From assembly GCA_009903855.1 (NCBI GenBank), contig WYEK01000027.1, positions 1 through 54,282 on the forward strand: a stretch of 54,282 bases of DNA, read 5' to 3'. Positions within the stretch are counted from its first letter, which is position 1; each line of letters starts with the position of its first letter. Shown here one piece after another: positions 8,659-18,015 of the stretch. The notes beneath the pieces were generated by a model, which did no database searches, was not told the origin of the DNA, and saw nothing but the letters and a program-made list of their open reading frames with translations. The translations under genes and the position numbers were made by a program. Source of the stretch: Thermocrinis sp. Its GTDB lineage: Bacteria; Aquificota; Aquificia; Aquificales; Aquificaceae.

Positions 8659-9896
8659 AAAGGAGAGTTGTTGTTACGGGCCTTGGGGTAGTAAGCCCCA
8701 TAGGCACCGGAGTTGAAAAATTTTGGAAGAATTTAACAGCTGGTGTAAGCGGAATAGACATAATAAAAAGGTTTGACCCAGTAGAGATAGGTCTAAGCGT
8801 TCATATAGCGGGAGAGGTAAAAGACTTTAACCCAGAGCTGTACTTTGACAAAAAGGAGGCCCAGAAGGTCTCCGACTTCATAAAGTTTGCGGTGGCATCG
8901 GCGGAGGAAGCTATAAAGGACAGTGGGCTTTTGGAGGACAAGTTTGACCCTTACAGGGTGGGTGTGATAATTGGCACAGGTATAGGTGGTCTCAGGGACA
9001 TTGAAGAACAGCAAAAGGTCCTTATGGAGAAGGGTCCCAGAAGGGTATCTCCTTTTTTCATTCCCTATGGCATATCCAACATGGCAAGCGGGCTCATAGC
9101 CATTCGCTTTGGGCTGAAAGGTCCCAACTACTGCGTAGTCTCTGCCTGTGCCACGGGCAACCATTCCATAGGGGACGCCTTTAGGCTTATTCAAAGGGGA
9201 GATATAGATGTAGCCATAGCGGGTGGATGCGAAAGTGCCATCACACCCTTGGGAGTGGCTGGCTTTGCATCCATGAGGGCACTATCCACCAGGAATCATG
9301 AGCCCCAGAAGGCATCAAGACCCTTTGACTTGGAAAGGGATGGCTTTGTTATGGGAGAGGGCGCGGCGGTGCTCGTCCTGGAGGAGTACGAAAGGGCAAA
9401 GGCCAGAGGGGCAAAGATATACGCAGAGCTTGTGGGCTATGGTGCCACCGACGACGCCTATCACATAACTGCACCTTGTGCGGATGGTGAGGGGGCATAC
9501 ATGTGTATGAAGTTGGCTTTGGAGGATGCGGGCATTCCACCCACGGAGGTAGATTACATAAACGCCCACGGAACATCTACTCCGTTAAACGATAAATCTG
9601 AAACACTGGCAATAAAAAGGCTCTTTGGAGAGCATGCCTACAGGCTAAAGGTCAGCTCCAACAAATCTATGGTGGGGCACCTTCTGGGTGCGGCGGGTGC
9701 CTTGGAGGCGGTGGCAACTGTAAAGACCATTCAAGAGGGAATTATTCCACCCACCATAAACTTGGAACATCCAGACCCAGAGTGCGACCTAGATTACACT
9801 CCCAACGTGGCAGTCAAAAAAGAGGTGGTGGTGGCGATCTCTAACTCCTTTGGCTTTGGAGGCACCAATGCGTGCCTTGTCTTCAGAAAACTATAA
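8655..9896 (+). CDS. fabF: 3-oxoacyl-ACP synthase II
   Basis: [44 protein letters not shown]. Confidence 0.97.
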   Translation: MKRRVVVTGLGVVSPIGTGVEKFWKNLTAGVSGIDIIKRFDPVEIGLSVHIAGEVKDFNPELYFDKKEAQKVSDFIKFAVASAEEAIKDSGLLEDKFDPYRVGVIIGTGIGGLRDIEEQQKVLMEKGPRRVSPFFIPYGISNMASGLIAIRFGLKGPNYCVVSACATGNHSIGDAFRLIQRGDIDVAIAGGCESAITPLGVAGFASMRALSTRNHEPQKASRPFDLERDGFVMGEGAAVLVLEEYERAKARGAKIYAELVGYGATDDAYHITAPCADGEGAYMCMKLALEDAGIPPTEVDYINAHGTSTPLNDKSETLAIKRLFGEHAYRLKVSSNKSMVGHLLGAAGALEAVATVKTIQEGIIPPTINLEHPDPECDLDYTPNVAVKKEVVVAISNSFGFGGTNACLVFRKL

Positions 9897-10554
9897 GGAA
9901 CTTGAAGATAAAATAGGTTATCACTTCAAAAACCCACATTATCTGCAAACAGCCCTTACCCATAGGTCTTACCAAAACAGCAGAGAAAACTACGAGCTTT
10001 TGGAATTTTTAGGAGACTCCATAGTAAATTTTTTGGTGGTTAGCTTTTTGGTGGAAAACTACCCCCATTACAAAGAGGGGGTTTTGGCAAGCATTAAGGC
10101 TTATTTGGTTAGCGAAGAGTTTTTGGCTTCTATGGCAGAAGAACTTGAACTGGATAAGTACGTCAGAATATCGGGCAAGAGAAGAACTGTTAGCAGTTCG
10201 GTGCTATCGGACCTCTTTGAAGCCCTCTTGGGTGCCATATACATGGATTCAGGCGGAGATATGAATAGCTTAAAAAAGCTGTTCCTTGAAAGGTATGGAG
10301 GAAAAATAAAGGAAGTCGTGGAAAAGGAGGCATACAAAAAGGATTACAAAACATTACTACAGGAACTAACCCAAGGCAGATGGAAAGATAGACCCATTTA
10401 CAGGTTGGTAAGTGTGAGCGGTAAAGAGCATGAAAAAATCTTTGAGGTGGAGTGCCAGATAAGGGAATACAGAGCAATAGGAAGGGGAAGGAACAAAAAA
10501 GAAGCCCAGCAAGAGGCTGCTAAAAAGGTCTATGAAATGCTTCAGAATACGTAA
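9868..10554 (+). CDS. rnc: Ribonuclease III
   Basis: [26 protein letters not shown], ds[11 protein letters not shown]; GGAGG before ATG 9868. Confidence 0.95.
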   Translation: MRALSSENYKELEDKIGYHFKNPHYLQTALTHRSYQNSRENYELLEFLGDSIVNFLVVSFLVENYPHYKEGVLASIKAYLVSEEFLASMAEELELDKYVRISGKRRTVSSSVLSDLFEALLGAIYMDSGGDMNSLKKLFLERYGGKIKEVVEKEAYKKDYKTLLQELTQGRWKDRPIYRLVSVSGKEHEKIFEVECQIREYRAIGRGRNKKEAQQEAAKKVYEMLQNT

Positions 10555-11039
10555 GCTCCACCTGCCAACTTTTGATTAAAGGCCATACCATGTTCCAAAA
10601 CCTCTCTATAGACCAGAAGGGGCGTGAGTATAACTTTTATTTTCTCATCCCGATCTGCCAGGCTTACTATGTCTTCTAATGCTTTGGCAAGGGTCTCTAA
10701 GTTTTTGTTTATGCTGTTTACTGCGTCCAATCTCTCTATTTCTCTGCCCAGCTCTTCGGGTATGTTTGAAAGAAAGGTGATGTCAAAGTTGAAAATCTCG
10801 TAAAGGTCGTATATGTAGTCCAAAGCTTGGACTATCAGACTTTTAAAGTTAGCCTCAAAGTCCGCCAAAGTTCTTAATAGGCTTTCCTTTTCTTCTCCCT
10901 CAAGGCAGGATTCCACAAGGATCTTTATCTCTTCTACGTCTGCCCTTATTTCTCTGAAAAGCCCCTCCAAAAGGTCCAAGTTAAACTTAATCAGCCTATC
11001 CTGAACAAGCAGGTTTTTTAGCACCTCTAACTTTCTCAT
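10542..11039 (-). CDS. Hypothetical helical protein
   Basis: 165 aa ORF coupled to the upstream toprim gene; no motif recognised. Confidence 0.65.
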   Translation of the reverse strand: MRKLEVLKNLLVQDRLIKFNLDLLEGLFREIRADVEEIKILVESCLEGEEKESLLRTLADFEANFKSLIVQALDYIYDLYEIFNFDITFLSNIPEELGREIERLDAVNSINKNLETLAKALEDIVSLADRDEKIKVILTPLLVYREVLEHGMAFNQKLAGGAYVF

Positions 11040-11358
11040 ACAAATCCTCCACGTGTATCACTCCGTACTCTTTGAGCTTTTCCCTAAACTCATCTATCAA
11101 AATATAACCCTGAGAGGACAAAATTGCCACTACCTTTTTATGGATTCTCTCTCCGTGCTCATCCAGGTCAAAAAGGGGGATGACCTGCGGGGTGCCCTCG
11201 AGGATGTCTGCCAGGTCTGTTAGCCTCTTGCCCGCAATGGTTATCACGTTTTCTATTCCTAGCTTTTTTAGGGCTTCTTTGTCCCTTTTGCCCTCCACCA
11301 CCACTACCGCTGTCTTTGAAAGCTCTCTGAGCCTTTCTAACAGCTCACTCAGACCCAT
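10996..11358 (-). CDS. Small stand-alone TOPRIM protein (RNase M5/primase-like)
   Basis: VVVEGKRD and FDLDEHGE (DxD) TOPRIM motifs. Confidence 0.85.
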   Translation of the reverse strand: MGLSELLERLRELSKTAVVVVEGKRDKEALKKLGIENVITIAGKRLTDLADILEGTPQVIPLFDLDEHGERIHKKVVAILSSQGYILIDEFREKLKEYGVIHVEDLYEKVRGAKKPACSG

Positions 11359-11866
11359 TTAGGTAGCTATTTTTGTATGCTATGTAGTTTTGGGCAGACT
11401 GTTTTATGTATTCTATCTCTTCGGGCTTTAGGTCTCTTACCACCTTGGCAGGAAAGCCGGCCACTAAGACGCCGGAAGGGAATTTTTTGTTAGGGGTTAG
11501 CAGGGCACCAGCGCCCACAAGCACATAATCCTCTATCTCCACGCCGTCCATAACTATAGCCCCCATGCCTATCAACACGTAGCTTCCCACTTTGCATCCG
11601 TGCAATATAACCCTATGTCCTACCGTTGTGTAGTCTCCTATGATGGTGGGATAGGTATCGTGAGTAACATGGATCACCGAGTTATCTTGGATGTTTGTTC
11701 CTTTTCCTATACGAATGTAATTGACATCCCCTCTAACTACGGTGCCAAACCACAGGCTTGAGTCTTCACCTATTTCTACATCCCCCACTACCACCACATT
11801 CTCGGACATATAAACGGAGGGATGAATTTTGGGAAATATGCCCTTGTAAGGTTTTATAATAGCCAT
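11345..11866 (-). CDS. Gamma carbonic anhydrase family protein (YrdA-like)
   Basis: RGDVNYIRIG, NIQDNSVIH, GHRVILHGC hexapeptide repeats. Confidence 0.92.
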   Translation of the reverse strand: MAIIKPYKGIFPKIHPSVYMSENVVVVGDVEIGEDSSLWFGTVVRGDVNYIRIGKGTNIQDNSVIHVTHDTYPTIIGDYTTVGHRVILHGCKVGSYVLIGMGAIVMDGVEIEDYVLVGAGALLTPNKKFPSGVLVAGFPAKVVRDLKPEEIEYIKQSAQNYIAYKNSYLNGSE

Positions 11867-14097
11867 TAGGGCACCTCCTCTATCTTTGGTTGTTCTGGTG
11901 TTCTTCGTTGTTCTGGTAAAAACTGTGGTTCTACTATGCCTTCAAGCTCGTCCTTGGGTTTTTCCTGCTCTTGTTGTTCCTGCTTTTGAGAACATATTCC
12001 TTCTGTGCCAGCTACGAAAGCCATTGGAGTGGGACAATTTACAAAGATAACACCCTCCGGTACCGGGAAGTCCTCCTTTGGAAACATGTATGCAGCCACA
12101 GACATGAAATCAATCCAAATAGGCAGGGCTACCCGGGCACCGGCCATACCCTTTCCCATGCTCCTTTTTAAGTCAAAGCCCACCCAAACACCAGCTACTA
12201 TCTGAGGGGTAAATCCCACAAACCACGCATCCATGTAGTCGTTGGTTGTGCCCGTTTTTCCTGCCACAAACCTGTCTATGGAAGAGGCAGATGCCCCCGT
12301 TCCCTCCAAAACTACAGCCCTGAGCATATCCACAAGCACCCTTGTTTCTTGTGGTGGCAAAACCTGTTCACATTGGGGTCTGTTCTCCTCCAAAACCCGC
12401 CCGTCCGAAGAGACTATCTTGACTATAAAGTAAGGCTTACACCAAACACCAAGGTTTGCAAAGGCTTGGTAGGCGGAGGTTAGCTGTAAAGGTGTTGTTT
12501 CTACGCTACCAAGAGCCATAGAGTAATAGGGTTTTAGCTCCAATCCCAAACTTTTTCCCACCTGTATTGGCAAATCAAAGCCTATGTCTGCTAACAGATT
12601 TACAGTGGCGGTGTTTATACTTTTGGCTAAGGCAGTTCTCAAGGACACGTATCCGTACTCAGCTCCCTCGTAGTTCCTTGGCGTCCATTCTTTGCCTGTG
12701 GATGGGTCGTAAAAACTTCTGGGTGTGGCGTCTATTAAACTGGCCTGTGTGTAGCCCCTCATAAGGGCGGAGAGATATATAATCGGTTTTATGGCAGAGC
12801 CCGGTTGCCTTTTGGCATACACCGCCCTATTGTAAGGGCTCCTCATGTAAGAATATCCCCCAACCATTGCCCTTATGGCACCAGTCTTTGCATCCAAAGC
12901 TACCAAGGCACCCTGAAGGTCCGGCAGAACTTCCCACCTTAGCTCCTTTTTTACCTGATAAAACCTAACAAAAACATAGTCTCCCTTTTCAAAGGTAAGC
13001 TCACCCTTTTCTGCTTTAAACTCTTTGTCCCCTATTTCCACCACATACTCATCACCCTGCACGTCTTTTATCTTTCCTATGAGCACTTTGCCCGGTTTTA
13101 TATCCACCTTTTGCTCTTTGTAGAGCTTTTCTGCAGTGGAGTAATCCGCCGGAAGGGCTGGTATGCCGTTTGCCTTTGCCACCCGGTATATTCCTTTTTC
13201 TAATACTTGTCTTGCATGTTCCTGAAGGTCCTTGTCTATGGTGGTATATATAGCATAGCCCCCTGCTAAAATGGCTTCGCCATATTTTTCCACTACGTAA
13301 TCCTTTACATAATCCAAGAAGTAATCCATGCCGTAATATTTGTTTTCAGGTTTTAGCTTTAGCGGTTTCTTTGAGTAGATTTCGTACTCCTCCTTGGTTA
13401 TGTAGCCATCTTCTAACATTCTCAAGAGCACATAGTTGCGCCTTTCTAAGATCCTCTCTGGATTTCTAAAGGGGTTATACTTGGTGGGTGCCTTTGGCAG
13501 GCTCGCCAATACTGCGGACTCGTCCACCGTTAAGTCCTTTACCGATTTACCAAAGTATATGCGGGATGCTGCTTCTACCCCGTAGGCTCCCTGTCCAAGG
13601 TATATGTAATTAAGGTAAAGCTCCAAAATTTTGTCCTTTGAAAACTCCCTCTCTATTTTTATCGCCAAGAGGGCTTCTTTTATCTTCCTTGTTAGACTTC
13701 TCTCGGGCGTTAAGAAGAGGTTTCTTGCCAACTGTTGAGTAATGGTAGAAGCGCCCTGTTTTATGTCTTTGCTGTGAATGTTTATAATGAGTGCCCTTAG
13801 AATGGCTATGGGGTCTACGCCAAAGTGTTTGTAAAAGTTTTTGTCTTCTGCGGCTATAAAAGCGTACCTTGTGTGGGCGGGTATTTTATCAAGGCTAACG
13901 TAATATCTTCTCTGGAGGGCTATGTCTCCAAAGGGTCTTCCCTTGTAGTCGTATATGACCGTTGCCTCTGGGGGTTTCCAGTCTTTTAATGCCTTAGGTG
14001 AAGGCAAGCTGTTGTATAGGGCTAACAGGATGACGAAAAGCACAAGAAAGGGAACACCAAAAAAGATAGCCAGAATTAATCCAATTTTACGCACCAC
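11866..14097 (-). CDS. mrcA: Penicillin-binding protein 1A
   Basis: AAEDKNFYKH, GASTITQQLARN, RKIKE, QPGSAIK (SxxK), SIN, KTG. Confidence 0.93.
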   Translation of the reverse strand: MVRKIGLILAIFFGVPFLVLFVILLALYNSLPSPKALKDWKPPEATVIYDYKGRPFGDIALQRRYYVSLDKIPAHTRYAFIAAEDKNFYKHFGVDPIAILRALIINIHSKDIKQGASTITQQLARNLFLTPERSLTRKIKEALLAIKIEREFSKDKILELYLNYIYLGQGAYGVEAASRIYFGKSVKDLTVDESAVLASLPKAPTKYNPFRNPERILERRNYVLLRMLEDGYITKEEYEIYSKKPLKLKPENKYYGMDYFLDYVKDYVVEKYGEAILAGGYAIYTTIDKDLQEHARQVLEKGIYRVAKANGIPALPADYSTAEKLYKEQKVDIKPGKVLIGKIKDVQGDEYVVEIGDKEFKAEKGELTFEKGDYVFVRFYQVKKELRWEVLPDLQGALVALDAKTGAIRAMVGGYSYMRSPYNRAVYAKRQPGSAIKPIIYLSALMRGYTQASLIDATPRSFYDPSTGKEWTPRNYEGAEYGYVSLRTALAKSINTATVNLLADIGFDLPIQVGKSLGLELKPYYSMALGSVETTPLQLTSAYQAFANLGVWCKPYFIVKIVSSDGRVLEENRPQCEQVLPPQETRVLVDMLRAVVLEGTGASASSIDRFVAGKTGTTNDYMDAWFVGFTPQIVAGVWVGFDLKRSMGKGMAGARVALPIWIDFMSVAAYMFPKEDFPVPEGVIFVNCPTPMAFVAGTEGICSQKQEQQEQEKPKDELEGIVEPQFLPEQRRTPEQPKIEEVP

Positions 14098-15358
14098 TTT
14101 TATAGACTATTTTACCATCCTTAATGGTTATAACTACCCGGCCTTTGAGGGTTTTTCCCCAGAGGGGTGTGTTTTGGGATTTGGAGAGGTTCGTTTCCTC
14201 GTTGAGGACCCACTCCTGGTCCGGGTCAAAAAGCACAAGGTTAGCCGGCGCACCTACCCTTATGCCTCTTTCCAATCCCAACAGCTTGGCAGGGTTTATG
14301 GAAAGCAGTTCCACCATTCTTTTTAGGTTTATGATCCCCCTTCTTACCAACTCTAAAGTCATAGGTAGTGCAGTCTGCAGACCTATCATACCAGGCATAG
14401 CATTTTCCAACAGACCCTTTTCCTTTTTGGCGTGTGGTGCGTGGTCTGTGGCTATGCAATCTATAGTGCGGTCCTTTATGCCCTCCAAAAGGGCCTGTAT
14501 GTCCTCTTCCCTTCTCAAAGGCGGATTAACCTTAGCGCTGGCACCGCTTTTTAAAAGTTCATCCTCCTCAAAGAGAAGATGATAAGGGTTGACTTCGCAG
14601 GATATGGGTGCGGATTTTTCCTTAAAGAACCTTATTATCTCCACAGAGAGCTTGGAAGAGAGGTGTTGGATGTGTATTCTTCCTTTGGTGTGATAGGAAA
14701 GGATACAATCCCTTGCCACCAAAACATCCTCAGCGCTCGGGCTTCTGTGGGCAATGCCAAGCAAAGAGCTAACATACCCTTCATTTATGTGCCCTCTTGC
14801 CAAGCCATCGTCCTCACAGTGGTTCATTACCAAAAGCCCAAGCTGTCTTGCCAACCTCAGGGCTTTCTCCATGAGCCTTGAGTCCATCAAAGGAGAGCCG
14901 TCATCGGTCAATGCCACACAGCCTGCGTTCTTTAAGGCAAAAAAGTCCGTCAGTTCCTTTCCTTGCCTTCCCTTGGTTAAAGCACCGGCGGGCAAAACTT
15001 CGCACAATCCCACCTCCTTCGCCCTTTGGATCACATACTGGGCAACCTCCGGGCTATCTATGGCTGGCTGTGTGTTGGGCATACACACCACCGTGGTAAA
15101 TCCTCCCGCTACCGCACACTTGCTACCGCTTTCTATGTCTTCTTTGTAAGTTTGTCCAGGATCCCTAAAATGCACATGCACATCTACGAAGGATGGACAG
15201 AGGATCAAACCACTCCCGTCTATTATTTCCGCATAGGGAAAGTTTAAGTTGTTGCCCACCGCCTTTATCTTTCCATCCTCTATTAGTAAATCTCCCACTG
15301 TGTCCAGATCTTGGCTTGGGTCTATTAGTCGGCTTCCCTTTATAAGGAGTGGTTTCAT
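14087..15358 (-). CDS. pyrC: Dihydroorotase
   Basis: DVHVHFRDPG, MPNT, NPPLR, ATDHAPH. Confidence 0.95.
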   Translation of the reverse strand: MKPLLIKGSRLIDPSQDLDTVGDLLIEDGKIKAVGNNLNFPYAEIIDGSGLILCPSFVDVHVHFRDPGQTYKEDIESGSKCAVAGGFTTVVCMPNTQPAIDSPEVAQYVIQRAKEVGLCEVLPAGALTKGRQGKELTDFFALKNAGCVALTDDGSPLMDSRLMEKALRLARQLGLLVMNHCEDDGLARGHINEGYVSSLLGIAHRSPSAEDVLVARDCILSYHTKGRIHIQHLSSKLSVEIIRFFKEKSAPISCEVNPYHLLFEEDELLKSGASAKVNPPLRREEDIQALLEGIKDRTIDCIATDHAPHAKKEKGLLENAMPGMIGLQTALPMTLELVRRGIINLKRMVELLSINPAKLLGLERGIRVGAPANLVLFDPDQEWVLNEETNLSKSQNTPLWGKTLKGRVVITIKDGKIVYKSGA

Positions 15359-16698
15359 GTTTTCAAGCTCTCAATTGCCCATTTTAAGGCACCCACCACT
15401 TGGTCTATGTGTTCCCTTTCTACTACCAAGGGTGGCATCAAAACCATCACATCCCCTAATGGTCTGAGGAATACGCCTTTTTCCCTGCACTTGTAAGCTA
15501 CCTTAAAGCCCGTCCTTTCTCCATAGGGAAAGGGTATTCCCTTTTCCTTGTCCTTTACCAGCTCTATGCCTGCCATAAAGCCAAGCTGTCTGACATCTCC
15601 CACAAAGTCCAACTCCCAAAACTCTTTAAGCCTTTGGCTCAGGTATTCAATCTTTGGTTGGAGCCTTTCTAGGGTTTTCTCCTCCTCAAAGACCTCAAGG
15701 TTTGCCAAGGCTACTGCACATGCCAAGTTGTTGCCCGTGTAGGTATGTCCATGGTAAAAGTGTTTCATCTCTCCAAACTCACCAAGGAATGCATTGAAGA
15801 CCTCCTCCGTAGTCAAGGTTGCCGCCAAAGGAAGATAGCCACCCGTTATGCCCTTTCCCAAGCACATAAAGTCTGCACATACATCCTCCTGCTCGCAGTA
15901 AAACATAGTTCCCGTCCTTCCAAAGCCCGTGGCAACCTCATCCACGATCATTAAAACCCCGTACTTTTTGGTCAGTTCCCTAACGCCCCTAAGAAAGCCC
16001 TTCGGAAAGGGCAACATCCCCGCTGCACCCTGAATGCCCGCCTCCAAGCTAACCGCCACTATATCGTCCCTGCTTTTTAGGATTTCCTCCAAGATTTCCA
16101 AAAGGACATTCTTGCAGTCTTCAGAGAGCCCTCCATAATTCTTTTTGCAAAAAATATAAGGAGAGGGCAGTTTTATGGTTTCAAAGAGTATGTCTTTGTA
16201 GGTGCCATGGAAGAGGTCAATTCCACCCAAGCTGACCGCACCGAGGGTGTCTCCGTGATAAGCCTCAGAGAGGGTGATAAAGGTCTTTCTCCTCTCTCCC
16301 TTGTTTCTCCAATACTGGTAGGCAAGCTTTATGGCAATTTCTACCGCCTCTGCACCATCTTCGGAGTAAAAAACTTTGGTTAAGCATTTGGGAGAGATCT
16401 CCACCAACCTTTTGGCTAACAAAATAGCGGGCACGTTGGAACTGCCCAGTGTGGTGGTGTGGGCAACCTTTTTAAGCTGGTCTATTAGGGCTTGGTTTAG
16501 CTTTGGATGATTGTGCCCATGCACATTGCACCAAAGGGAAGAGATGGCGTCTATAAACTTTCTACCCTTTACATCGTAAAGATAAACACCCTCTCCCCTC
16601 TCAAAGATCAGGTTTTCTTCCTCCCTATAGACCTTCATCTGGGTGAAGGGATGCCAGAAGTATTCCTTATCCCACTGCTCCAAAGTGCGCCAATCCAT
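15355..16698 (-). CDS. bioA: Adenosylmethionine-8-amino-7-oxononanoate aminotransferase
   Basis: WHPFTQM, SSLWCNVHGH, YHGDTLGA, DEVATGFGRTG, GKGITGGYLP, HGHTYTGN. Confidence 0.95.
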   Translation of the reverse strand: MDWRTLEQWDKEYFWHPFTQMKVYREEENLIFERGEGVYLYDVKGRKFIDAISSLWCNVHGHNHPKLNQALIDQLKKVAHTTTLGSSNVPAILLAKRLVEISPKCLTKVFYSEDGAEAVEIAIKLAYQYWRNKGERRKTFITLSEAYHGDTLGAVSLGGIDLFHGTYKDILFETIKLPSPYIFCKKNYGGLSEDCKNVLLEILEEILKSRDDIVAVSLEAGIQGAAGMLPFPKGFLRGVRELTKKYGVLMIVDEVATGFGRTGTMFYCEQEDVCADFMCLGKGITGGYLPLAATLTTEEVFNAFLGEFGEMKHFYHGHTYTGNNLACAVALANLEVFEEEKTLERLQPKIEYLSQRLKEFWELDFVGDVRQLGFMAGIELVKDKEKGIPFPYGERTGFKVAYKCREKGVFLRPLGDVMVLMPPLVVEREHIDQVVGALKWAIESLKT

Positions 16699-16715
16699 AA
16701 GAAAAGAATTTTACA

Positions 16716-17084
16716 TTAAAGGTGCCCTTCTAAGAACCTTTTAAGTATTAAGTTGTCCTCGGTTTTCATTCTCCTCTGCAGGCACTCAAGGGCGTCTGCG
16801 GTTCCTATGTTCAAAAGGGCTTTTGCAATTTCAATAAGCTCAAAGGTGTCTCTGTCTTCAAATAGCATTCTGCAGAGCTTAGGCACCGCATCTTGTGTTT
16901 TTCTCCTGCCGAGCACCTCAATAACGAACATTCTGCTCTGCGTTATAGGACAGTCAAGGGCAAGAATTAGCTTTTGGTCGTAATCCAAGGAACTAAAACC
17001 CTTGAGGTCCGCACCGCAATGAGGACAGATTTCGTCCCTTTCATCCACCTCACCCCAACAGTAAGGACAAAACCAACGAACCAT
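16716..17084 (-). CDS. Zinc-ribbon + HEAT-repeat protein
   Basis: CPYC-x10-CPHC followed by HEAT-like helices. Confidence 0.75.
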   Translation of the reverse strand: MVRWFCPYCWGEVDERDEICPHCGADLKGFSSLDYDQKLILALDCPITQSRMFVIEVLGRRKTQDAVPKLCRMLFEDRDTFELIEIAKALLNIGTADALECLQRRMKTEDNLILKRFLEGHL

Positions 17085-17119
17085 AGGGCATACTGGAGTA
17101 TATCTTATAAGCTGGAAGG

Positions 17120-17141
17120 AAATCCCAACAAGGGATTTTTT
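17120..17141. promoter_or_regulatory. Inverted repeat upstream of the TA pair (operator or weak terminator)
   Basis: AAATCCC-AACAA-GGGATTT followed by TTT. Confidence 0.35.
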
Positions 17142-17173
17142 AGTACAGCCTCAGGGAATAAATTAATTGAATT

Positions 17174-17470
17174 ATGAAAAGCCTTGAGGAAGTGAAGAAA
17201 ATTTTGGCGGAGCATAAACAAGAAATACTGCAAAAATATGGAGTTAAAATCATTGGCATTTTTGGTTCTTACGCAAGAGGAGAGCAAACGAAAGAAAGTG
17301 ATGTGGATATTTTGGTTGATATAGAGGACTCTGTTGGCTTGGAGTTTATTTCCGCCATGTTAGAACTGGAGCGGTTGCTTGGCATGAAGGTTGATTTGGT
17401 ATCTATAAACGCAGTGAAACAAAAGCCTTTGCTTTGGGAAAGTATAGAGGAGGATTTGGTGTATGTCTAA
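17174..17470 (+). CDS. MNT (minimal nucleotidyltransferase) antitoxin
   Basis: GSYARGEQTKESDVD matches GS-x10-DxD; KVDLV. Confidence 0.92.
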   Translation: MKSLEEVKKILAEHKQEILQKYGVKIIGIFGSYARGEQTKESDVDILVDIEDSVGLEFISAMLELERLLGMKVDLVSINAVKQKPLLWESIEEDLVYV

Positions 17471-17828
17471 AAAGAAAAGATACTGGACGCTTTACCTTAT
17501 GGATATGTTGGAAAGCATCAGAAGAATAGAAGTGTATACCGAGGATATTGGTTATGAAGAATTTTTGAGGAACAATATGATAAAAGATGCGGTGGTAAGG
17601 AACATTGAAGTTATAGGAGAAGCAGCAAGAAATATCCCTAAGGAAATCCAAGCTAAATATAACCACATACCATGGGCTGAGATAATAGCTACGAGAAATG
17701 TTATAGCTCACGATTACTTTGAAATTGATTACAAAATAGTTTGGAATATTATTTGCAAGCACCTCCCTACCCTTAAGAAAGAACTTGAACTCATACTACA
17801 AGAAATTGATAACACTCCAAAACTCTGA
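17463..17828 (+). CDS. HEPN/DUF86 (HepT-like) RNase toxin
   Basis: DAVVRNIEVIGEA; RNVIAHDY matches Rx4HxY; overlaps the MNT gene by 8 nt. Confidence 0.92.
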   Translation: MSKKKRYWTLYLMDMLESIRRIEVYTEDIGYEEFLRNNMIKDAVVRNIEVIGEAARNIPKEIQAKYNHIPWAEIIATRNVIAHDYFEIDYKIVWNIICKHLPTLKKELELILQEIDNTPKL

Positions 17829-17945
17829 ACCAAAGCTTCTTTCACCCATCCAAGTTGTGGCATTGGTGTGTTAATGAGTTTGTATTTTTAGGACAGCCTT
17901 TTATAGAGTATATCTCAAGCCTTTCCCAGAGAAATTTTTGAGGAC

Positions 17946-17994
17946 GTCAGCGGACAGTCAGCTTAACAAAAACTTAACAATTTTCTGCTAAACT
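17946..17994 (+). promoter_or_regulatory. Pho-box-like direct repeats plus extended -10 promoter
   Basis: CTTAACA at 17962 and 17973 (11-bp period), GTCAGC at 17946 and 17957 (11-bp period), TGCTAAACT at 17986-17994, AAGGAGG RBS. Confidence 0.65.
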
Positions 17995-18015
17995 GCACTT
18001 CCAAGGAGGTTCCGC

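Noticed and set aside
13955-15467. Many 60-150 aa plus-strand ORFs opposite pyrC (and similar ones opposite other genes)
   Set aside because: Antisense shadows of well-supported genes, with no motifs or translation signals.
17829-17945. Possible riboswitch or Fur box upstream of the TonB-dependent receptor
   Set aside because: I recognised no cobalamin or TPP consensus and no GATAATGAT-like palindrome; the leader after the -10 box is only about 20 nt.
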